DNA of 64,000 nucleotides from the NCBI GenBank assembly GCA_907165135.1, contig OU015567.1, positions 13,206,001-13,270,000 of the forward strand. Direction: 5' to 3'. The notes under the pieces were generated by a model. It was not told the origin of the DNA, did no database searches, and saw nothing but the letters and a program-made list of their open reading frames with translations. The position numbers and the translations under genes are program-made. This DNA comes from Oikopleura dioica. Its lineage: Eukaryota > Animalia > Chordata. Of this stretch, positions 35,923 through 45,900 are shown piece by piece (the stretch's first letter is position 1; every line of letters begins with the position of its first letter).

Positions 35923-38134
35923 TTATGCTGGCTTCTTTGGCATGACTCCAGATTCGGCATCGGAGATAATGTTCCAAACATCGAGTATGAACTGATCGGT
36001 GAAGGCGAACATTGGATATGAACTAAATGATGGAAAAATGTTTTTACCAAACTCAAGCACAATAGACGAACCTAGTAACTGTATCGAGGAAAGTCCCAGA
36101 ATCAGAGGACTTCGTTCCACTTTCATAAATGGACAAGGAAAGCTCTCGATCTCTGATCCCAACGTACTCTTCCAGCATTTGATCGATGATTTCAATTGCT
36201 CTAATAATTAGGGTAAATCACTAATAATTGAGCTTTTTTTTGGGCTTAGTAGGGTAGGCATATAATACCGTTTTAGAAAGCCCAGGAGCTGAGGATCATT
36301 TTGACTATTGATACTTGGGGGTGATCTCGTACCCTGAGGGCATTTTGATACCTCCAAAGTCCCAAAATCTGGCCAATTTCGGAAAAGGGAATTTTGAAGC
36401 CTTAACTCGACCTTTCAGAGGTTGTTTACTATCCCAGATTGTAGCCCAGGCTCTGACGGTCATTTTGAGCTAAAGAAAAGTAGTGAGGAGGGGGTTCCTG
36501 AGGAGCTAGAAGCTCTTGAAGTTGAGGAACTCGACAAAATTGAGTACTTTTTCACAAAAGTACAGGATTTGTATCACAAATGCCTATAAAAGACTTTTTA
36601 TCAATATTTATTTATTTAAAAATAATTGAGATGTCATTTGAGGTCATCTGAGGTCACTCTAGGTCAAATCCATGAAAACGAAAATTGCGAAAAGTGACCC
36701 GATATGACCTCAGATGACCCCAGATGATTTCTCGAACATTTTTTTGTGGAGAAAGATGGATAAAAAGTCTTTTATAGGCATTTGTGATACAAATCCTGTA
36801 CTTTTTGTGAAAAAGTACTCAATTTTTGTCGAGTTCCCCAATTTCAAGAGCTTCTAGCTCCTCAGGAACCCCCCCTCCTCACTACTTTTTTTTAGCTCAA
36901 AATGACCGTCAGAGCCTGGGCTACAATCTGGGATAGTAAATAACCTCTGAAAGGTCGAGTTAAGGCTTCAAAAATTCCCTTTTCCGAAATTGGCCAGATT
37001 TTGGGACTTTGGAGGTATCAAAATGCCCTCAGGGTACGAGATCACCCCCAAGTATCAATAGTCAAAATGATCCCCAGCTCCTGGGCTTTCTAAAACGGTA
37101 TTATATGCCTACCCTACTAAGCCCAAAAAAAAAGCTCAATTATTAGTGATTTCCCCTACTAATAATAGAAATAATGATGATAACACATGTCTCTCTTACG
37201 AGGTTTTGCAGGGTTTGTCTCCTTCTACAACTTCGGCGTCTCCGTTGGCCTTGATTCTAACCGTCATACCGCCCTTGTTGATGTCGCCAGAAACTTTCGC
37301 TTTGGAGCGTCCACCGACCATGTTGAAACCGCGGACTGGAGGCTGGAGCACAAATTCGACCATGCTACCTATTTCAACATCTCGTAGCTTTCTTGCAACA
37401 TCGATATGTCGTTTTCCGATCATAACTGAATACCGTGAATATAACAAATGGGCACGATATATTTATTACCTTCGCCATTGATGGAAAGAATCGCATCACC
37501 GGGTAGAATATCATCGTTGTGTTCTACCACACTTCCAGCTCGTTTTCCCTTGACAAAAGCTTGGCCGTTCCCGTTGTCAGTAATGGTAAGGCCAAACATT
37601 TGAGAGACCTTCTGGACATTGATGACGGTGGTCGTAGGAGCCGACACGTGGCAGTAGAGGAAGTCGCCAAACATGATCTGGCCGCCGAGCAACTTTGTCA
37701 TGTCGCATTTTTCGGTGTTAACTAATTCATGGATATATGTTTTTATCATAAAATAAATTACCAGTAACAAACAGAATCTTATTAACATCAACTCCAATAG
37801 CCTCAGCCATTCGAAGATAGAGTTCTTTGATATTTCTGAAATTTCTGACTTCGCAAACAGGACCCCCATGCGCTAGCTGACAATCAAATCGAATCTCAAC
37901 AGGTTGAGCTGCTGCGGATTGCTGAGAAGGCATGGGATTGGCGCTGGGCATTGGATTGTTTGATGGCTTGCGCGGGATTTTTAAGAGTAATTTTAGACGA
38001 TTTTCTAGATTTATGAAATCAAGGAAGAGAAAGAGTTATTATCAGATGATTCAGAATCTGAATTTCAGATCCCTTATCATTGGTATAGGCGGTGCTGGAG
38101 CCTTCTTCTTTTTCTTTCCTAGACCGAACACCAT
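35923..38134 (-). CDS. GIPC1: GIPC PDZ adaptor (GH1-PDZ-GH2); the GH2 exons lie beyond a foldback insertion
   Basis: N-terminus MVFGLGKKKKKAP (cf. MPLGLGRRKKAP); FDCQLAHGGP; PDZ FGLTITDNGNGQAFVK; GH2 AIEIIDQMLEEYVGIRDREL...FAFTDQFILDVW in 35923-36200. Paralogue number is nominal. Confidence 0.92.
36209..37158. mobile_element. Foldback-type non-autonomous element, ~395-bp near-identical arms, TAGGG termini, 8-bp TSD (hAT-like signature)
   Basis: Arms 36209-36602 and 36759-37158 are reverse complements with few mismatches. TSD ctaataat at 36201-36208 and 37159-37166. Confidence 0.95.
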
Positions 38135-38490
38135 CTTATCTGAATTCTAACCTATGAACACAGCTTTCTTTATCAAGGTAAATTGATAGGATTCAACTCA
38201 AAACTTAAAAAAGCGCAGATAGAGATTGATTATATTTTCAATAAAACGATACATACAAGAATTTAAAAATCTAAACATGAAACGGGGAATAATTAATGAA
38301 TCAAATTCAAACTTGTTTCTAATGCATAATTTTTGCATTTGCGATATGAAAACGAGTTACATGTAAGATTTTCTATAATTTGGAAAGGTTCTTTTTGTTT
38401 TGTTCCAGTTCAAATAATACAGTTTTCATATCAACATTCTCCAAAGGTAATTAATTGAGCAGCAGAAAAACAATGGGGATGGTCTTGAAT

Positions 38491-39096
38491 TTATGATCTT
38501 GGAGCGTGCTTCTTAGCGTGGTCTTCTGCTGACTTCACGAAGCTCTTGTAGTCTTTCTGGAATTCGGTGGCGATGTCGGTTCTCAGAGGATGATCGCACT
38601 CGGGCGTCTCGATCAGACCTAGAATTTTGAATAACCAATTACCCTTGGTGGACTGGTTTGACTTACGAACGAGTTCTGTAAGAATATGCTCAACTTTCGT
38701 TGCGGGCTTCCAGTGTTCTTTGTCTACAACGGAGAGACTAAAAAAGTTGGAGTTAACCTCCTGATTTTAATTGTTTTGCATACCAAATGCTGCCTTTTTC
38801 GTCCACATTTGGATGATAAATTGGAGTTTTGAAGGTAACTTTTGGCGGCTTGAAAGGGTACTCGACGGGAAATTCTATGATGATAGTGTACGCTCCTTTG
38901 TTGTAAGGCTCCTAAAAAGTCTGCATGTTAGAAAAGTACAAGCAACAAAGACATCTACTTTCTCCGGGAAGATGGTCCCGTTCCACTTCAAAATCTGGTC
39001 ATTTGCAGGGCCGAGATCTTTGACTTGAAGAATTTCGGGTTTGTCGGACTTTTGAAGATCAGCCAGTTCTTTTTGCAATCGCCGAGTGGCAGCCAT
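38491..39096 (-). CDS. UBE2L3: Ubiquitin-conjugating enzyme E2 L3 (UbcH7)-like
   Basis: [14 protein letters not shown]; [27 protein letters not shown] (catalytic Cys completed across an intron); WKPATK; [11 protein letters not shown]. Confidence 0.92.
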
Positions 39097-39355
39097 TCTG
39101 ACACTGAAAAGGTTATAGACTATAACTTATAGTTGTATTAACAAATATTATTGTGAATGCGTTTTCGAGCGACAGGAATACGGGAATTGTGAGAAAGATA
39201 AGGAATAAATGAAGTATCCGTAAGCGAAAATGGGGGGAAAATCTCGATATTGAAAAAGGGTAAATATAAAAGGGTAAAAAAGGGAAAATGAAGAACTGGT
39301 ATCTTCCTGAGATAAATCGAGTGAAAAAAGAAGGTCCTTCTATGTCATTTCTTCG

Positions 39356-40366
39356 TCAGATTCCGGAATGTATCTCGGGCCGGGCAGGTTCTCCCTTCCA
39401 GCGACGCGGGATTTTCGTTCCATTTCTGGAGTGTCGGGAGCGAGCACCTTGGAAATGACGAGCTTTGGCTTGGATCGGGGTGGGCTGGCACGCTTTGTGG
39501 ACCTTGTAGCGTAACTTTTTGGCGCTGCTGCTGGCGCCTCCTAGAATATTCTTTAAGAAAGTTAGTTCGTAACAGATTCTTACATCATCGGAGTCAAAGA
39601 GAGCTTTCACCGCCTTTCGTGCTCTCTTTCGTTTGTTCATCTCTTCTGGCTGCGTTTCTTGAATGACGGATATGTCAGCAAGCGAGTAACGGTTGTTCTC
39701 ATCCGTAGAAGGCTCTTCTGCTTTCTTTGATTCTTTGTCGATTCTTGTCGATTCCAGGCTCTTTGTGACATTGTTGATCGTATCTTCTAGTTTTGCATAT
39801 CGCGATCGGTTCGCGCCAGCTCTGCTTCTAGTACTTTTGATTAGTTTTTACTAATTAGTGATTGATAATTACCGTGCTTGGCCAGGACGCTGATGAGTCA
39901 ACTTTCCATTGTTCGGATCTTTTTTGCTCAAACGAGCAGAAATTCGTTGAACCATTCTAAAAAAAAGAATTGATTAAAATTTTAATTAGAAAAATGCTTG
40001 TTACTACGAAAATAGAAGGTAAGGCAAAAGTTGGTGTTCAGAACGAGTTAGGAAAGTTGTTTCGATTTTGCGATTTTTTCTTGCGTTTTTTCGGCGATTA
40101 TTTTGTTCAAAGTTTCGTCAAAGTCCCAATGCTCTGTGAAATCTTCGTCGAAAAGGGATTTATTGGGGATCGACGTCGTCAGGCAATCGAGATCGAATTC
40201 ACCGTCAAACATGATCTTTTAATTAATCAAAAAGAGACGCACTGAAGAATCCAACCTCATCAACAAGCAGCGTCTTCAGTTTTACTGTTTTCTTTTGCAG
40301 CTTGCGTACGGTCGCGTATTTCTCACGTCCTCCGCCAATAGTTGGAATTTTAGCCGCCTTTGACAT
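39356..40366 (-). CDS. Unknown basic/low-complexity protein (exon structure unresolved)
   Basis: ATG 40366 follows a tttcag-containing spacer 125 nt after the LAP3 stop. There are spliceable open segments (MVQRISARL..|TRSRAGANRSRYAKLEDT...RKRARKAV). No family recognised. Confidence 0.35.
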
Positions 40367-40490
40367 TTTACTTCTAATATTTCAATATTTGCATAGTTTC
40401 ACTTCGATTTCAGTTTATTTTTAATTATTGCATGGATCAACAGAAAATGAACTTTCAAAAGAATCAAATGAATTGTGGACAATTGGTAAA

Positions 40491-42158
40491 TTATGAAGAT
40501 GAGCTGTAAGCTCGGCAGAATTCAGCTAGAGTTCTTGTGGGGCGGCCGGTCATGCCCTTGGAAATGTACGACGGATCATCAGCGCCAGGGCAGGTGTCCA
40601 TCACCCCGGCGATATCGAGATGCGCGTATTCGGGGCCATCAGCGGGGACGAAGGATCGGAGGTACGCAGCGGCGTTGCATGCGCCTCCCCATCGAGGACC
40701 TAGATAATTTTTTTTTAATTGCAAACATTTATACTTTACTGAAAGCATTTTAGAAAGCGATATCTTTTGAACTTCAAAGTTTGAAGCATTTCAGCGACAC
40801 AAAAACAAAAATATATTTACCAGTGTTGTTAAGATCAGCAAGCTGCGCTGGACTGATCTTCTTCTTGTGAGAATTGAAGACGGGCATTCGCCAGATTCGG
40901 TCTCCAGTCTCGACACCAGCCGCGGTCAGCTTCGTTGCCAAATCGGTCGACCATGTGAAGCAACCGGCACAGGCCCAGCCAGTTGCGACGCACATGGCTC
41001 CAGTAAGAGTGGCCGAATCGACGATGACATCAGGTTTGATCGTGTCGCAAGCGTAGCAGAGTGTATCGCAAAGAAGAAGTCGACCCTCGGCATCTGGAAT
41101 TATGTAAATCTCTGTCCATCTCTACCGATCAACGTTACCTGTATTGTCAACCTGGATGGTCATTCCATTTCGAGCAGTTACGACATCTCCGGGCTTGTTT
41201 GCAGTGCCAGAAGGCAAGTTCTCTGCAAGGGGCGTCAGCGCAACATACTTGCCGGGAGCTTTGGCCATGGCTAGGGCGTAGATGGTAGAGACGGTGACAG
41301 CGGCGCCACCCATATCAGCTCGCATGGCGTCCATGTTTGCTGATGGTTTGATTGAGATTCCACCGGCGTCGAAGGTGACTCCCTTTCCAACGAGGCAGAT
41401 TGTCTTACCGGAGGGGTTGCTGAAATCGTTGTCGATGAGAAAGTATGAGATAAATACCTTGGACCGTTGTACTCAAGCTTCAACAATTTCGGCTCCTCGG
41501 CGGATCCTTTCGCTACAGACCAGAAAGCTCCCATTCTCTCGGAAAGAATAAAATCCTTTCCATGAGTAGTACATTTGATTCCCAGAGGATTGAGTCGTTC
41601 AGTGACTTTTTCGCAGAATATCGTTGGAGTCATAAGATTCGCCGGAGACTCCATCAAGTAACGGGCAAAGTTCTGCGCCTTGGCAGCTCGAACACCGGTC
41701 ATCCAGTCATCATGGGCGCCATTGATGGGCTCGATGAGCTTCGGCATCTTTGCCAGCTCGGTTTCTTTGTATCGCCACTGAGCGAGGTGGGCTCCTTCAG
41801 CCTGGGCAGTTTCACACCCTGGAAGAAGCTCCATTAGAACTTTATCGACTTTGAGTCCCTTGAGAGCGTTGACAGCGGCTCCAGCGGCAACACGAGCATT
41901 TTCACGTCGCTCGTTGAGCATTTCGATCTCGCAGTAGTCTTTGGCGTTCTTGGCACCAGCTCCAGCAATGAGAATGTTTCGACCCTCGCCGCTGAATGTA
42001 TCGTTCCAGAGAATTCGGGTTTCACCTTTGCCTGGCCAGCCAGCAGAGTTCAGACCTGCGAAGACAGATCCATTGCGAGACTTTGAAAGCTCCTCCAAAA
42101 CGGGAGTGGGTGTTTCGTCGTCGTAGGAGAAGTGAACGTAGACGATTTTTTCGGTCAT
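40491..42158 (-). CDS. LAP3: Cytosol leucine aminopeptidase (M17)
   Basis: [34 protein letters not shown]|DAEGRL and ATLTGA metal-binding motifs; HLDIAG. Confidence 0.95.
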
Positions 42159-42265
42159 TCTTAATTATAAGAACGATTTATTTCTTAATTTTCGATAGAT
42201 TAGTTGACTTTGAATCAGAAAATAGTTTCGTTGGTAAAGGAATGTATATAGTACGCAAAATGAAC

Positions 42266-42890
42266 CTAGTGACGCTTGAGTTTCTCCGGTGCAGCGGGCT
42301 TTGCTGTGTCGAGAACGAAAAAGGCGACGTTGATGAAGTGGCAAATAATGCAGGCGAGGCACATTGCTTCGAGTTTTATCATCGCGTACGTGAAATAGAC
42401 AGAGGCACCGATTCCACCGACAGAAAGAGTTCGGGAAAGAGATGCTTGAAGAAAAACTCATATCATATATTTTTTAAAAGGAATTTACCGTCTCCAAGGA
42501 TAGCTACAAAGAGCTGGAGGATGTAGTGCCAGAGACCGTAGACATAATTTGGCTGGATGAAGGGACTGTCGACGGGCAAGACCTGAAAAATCTCTGTTTG
42601 TATCTCGCGATGGTTGATTTTGAAAATGAAGCAATAGATTTTCGGGTTACGTTTGCAGAAAACTCGTAAATATTTACATTCTGAAGGAATCCAAAGCCTA
42701 CGGCGTAATCAGATTTGAGAATCGTCGAGCAGCTGAACTCTTGTTCTGTGAAGAGCAGGTCAACTTTCATGTCGCAACTCGCTTTGTATTCCTTTCTTGC
42801 CGACTCAGCAGCAGTCATGTTTTCATCCACGACTTTCTCATAATACATGAGGCCGATTCCAGCCAAGGAAAGAATAATCTTAGTGAGCAT
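42266..42890 (-). CDS. VKORC1: Vitamin K epoxide reductase
   Basis: YKASCD...SCSTILKSDYAVGFG; QPNYVYG; CLAC redox motif; C-terminal KLKRH ER-retrieval signal; 3 exons. Confidence 0.88.
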
Positions 42891-42953
42891 CTTTTTTCTG
42901 AACAAAAAGTCGATAAACAAAAGGTTTTTTGAATAGAGTGAGGCAGTGGGGGG

Positions 42954-45900
42954 TTAATTGAACAATTCAACAGGTTTTGGAACTTCTTTGATTTTCAGAT
43001 ACTGTTGGTAGATTCGACCGTTCTCCGTTGTATCCGAGATTATTTTCTCAATTTCGCTGCAAATGCTTTTCGCTTCTCCTTCACACTTTTCTTGTGATGA
43101 GATGGCCCACTTGCGTGACCTTATTAAAGGATTCAAGATCCACTTTATCAAGACTGGATATCCCTAAAAAAAGTAAAATTGGGAAACGAAGAGAAACATT
43201 ACCGCGTAGTATGACTCTGAATCAGATTCAAGCTCAATTAGCAAAAAGAAGGATCCCGTTTTGTGAATAAACTGGAATAGGTTTTGATGCGCAGTCTTCT
43301 GCTTGAAATACGAATCGTAGAAAAACCCGAGCTCTAGAAAATGTTTCAATCACTGTTAATATTCTGATGACGCACCGAAGAAAAGTGAGGAAACAACATC
43401 AACGAGCTCAAGCTTGTTCAGCTTCTCGTGCCAGGATTTCTCTTGATTGCTAACTACCCATCTAATATCAAATTGCTTCACTTGTTTGAACGGCTCTCCA
43501 GACATATCGAAAGGGTCTTCGGGACACGGTATCATATTGAAACCAGCTTTTCTTGCGTTGAACATCATCGTGTGAGCACTTTCGCATATCTTGGCTGGTG
43601 TGGCGGCGAGCCACTGATGCATGAGTGTGAAAGCATCGAAGATTGGATTGTGTCTAGGGCAGTAATAGACTTGATACCACTCGAATCGTTGCTGATTGCT
43701 TGCACAACAGGCGCCTTCGCAGCATTTTTGCACTGTCTTGATATTGCGTCTTGGAATGATCTTTTTGATTGTTTGAGTTTGAGTCTTGCACTCATTCCGT
43801 AATCGACCGAGGATTCGATAGTCGGACATTTCCGGGAACTTGACTTCGATTAATGGGATGCAATTCTCTTCGTCTTCTTCGTCGTCCAGTCCATAATCAT
43901 CAGCTTGGTCGAGCAAGTCGTCATCTTCGTTCAAATTATCATTTATGTGGTAGAAGTAAAATCCAACTCGTATGCAAGATTCATTGTCATCTTTAGCCAA
44001 AATGCGTCTTGTATTCAACAGATGACTGAGCCACTCCTTCGCTTGCGCCTTATCAGCGCATCCCCAGTGGGAGATCAGCCATTGCACAGCATGCATTGAG
44101 AAAAACCCGACTTTCTCTTTCTCTGCTCCTGCTGGCATATTCGGCTTCCAGATTTTGTAAAAAGTTATTGGCGATTCCTCGAGTTTGGCGATTAAGTCGT
44201 CCAAATCTTTTGCATGGCCTGTGTAAGGTCGACCGGCAGGAGTTTCTGGCTTATCTGAATTTCCTTTGAAGCTTTGCACGATCGACTTTGGCGACGATGG
44301 ACGAGCTGAGTTGTCTTGGGATATTTTTCGTCCGGAGGGATGGTGAATAGGAATGGGGTTGTTTCTCTTCGCGTCGACTTCTACGTTGTCGTTGATGACT
44401 TGGGTAAGAAGCTTCATGAAATCATCGTGCGCTGCTCGGATTCTATGAGGTTCAGCCGGCACTTGCCTGTCCATTACAAAAACGAAGCGACACTTCCACG
44501 AGTATCTATCCCATTGAAGCTGATAGTCCTCGAGGTTTTCTTGAATGGGCTTTTCAATAACTTTATCCAAATTCTCAACTTTGAGCAATCCTCTTCCAAA
44601 ACGCGGAAGAAAGTCCATCTCTCTTGGTTCAAAGCGGCTTCTAGCAATGGCAAAAGAAAACTTGTAAATGGAAGATTCGGCAAGAGCCATCGTTTCCCAC
44701 TGGTTGCCGTAACATGTCAGTTTCAATGGACTATCGGCGCCTTAAAAATGATAGATTTGAGAAATTCTAGAGATGTACCTTTTGCAGCTCCATTTCGACT
44801 ATTGAATTCAAAATGATGCACAAATGGGCCCAGAAGAACCACCATCGTTTCCGTTGTTGAATTATCCTTGTCTCGTTTCTTCTGCCCGTCATCATAGCTT
44901 CTTACGATTTGAAACCCTTGCGCGATTCGTTGATTCACGAGCTCATAAAACTTCTCTTTTATCGAGCGGAAGGCGAACTCGGAGCGATTTTCGTTATCCA
45001 ACTGGATCCATTTATACGGATTTGCGTGTTTATAAGCCCCTTTTTGTCGTGTCAAGTCATTCGCATTGAGCTTTTTCGCCGTTGTTAGGGGCAGACAAGC
45101 GGGATAAGTCATGGATTTCCAATCGACGCCGATTCTAGTGTCGAGGCACTCTACATTTGTGGATGGCGGAATGAGTTTGTTCTGGCCGCGAAAATTATCA
45201 TTTTGATCATTCCCTCTTGAGAATCTGCTGGACTCCCCTGCTTGAAAGTCTGTAGCGGAAATAGGAGGGGACTCGACCGTATTCAGAGTTGAAATTGTGG
45301 AATTTTCAATTTGTAAGGATTCTATGATTTGACTTCGGAAGCTCTCGGCCATAACATCGTTCATAATAACGTTCTTGTTTACATAATCTCGATGATGAGG
45401 CTGAATCGCTTGCCCATCGGAGTTGGTCGGAAACAAATCGACCCATTGGTGGTTTGTGTAGGTGACAGGACGGTTTATGGAGGTTCCACTGACGTTGAAA
45501 GGGTTGATGCTGCATGGATTGTTGAAACTAAAACTAGCATTATTCTCTAGAATCACTTCGTTATCATTTAAATAATTTTTATGAGTTCTACAGCTGATGA
45601 CGCAAAACTGGGCAAGCTCGACAAAATTTACTCAGGCAGGCTATTGAAGTTTCTGTTAAATTTCTCCGTATTCTAGGCGATTCACAATGGCACGGGTTTT
45701 GAAATATTTTGCCATGAAAAATGTGCGATTTCTTCTGGTAAACCACTTTTATTGACTCTTTTGCAGTAAAAAACTTAGCTGCTGCTTATATTGCTCACTA
45801 CTGCGAAGAATATCACTCTAATGCTGAATGGCAAACTTGTCAAAAAGAAGTTGTACTAAACTGCCTCTGCAAACCAGAGGACCTGACCATGGTTGTGAAC

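Noticed and set aside
37196-37447. GIPC apparently truncated after the PDZ domain
   Set aside because: The stop is intronic (gtaag donor at 37199); GH2 exons are present at 35923-36200 beyond the foldback element.
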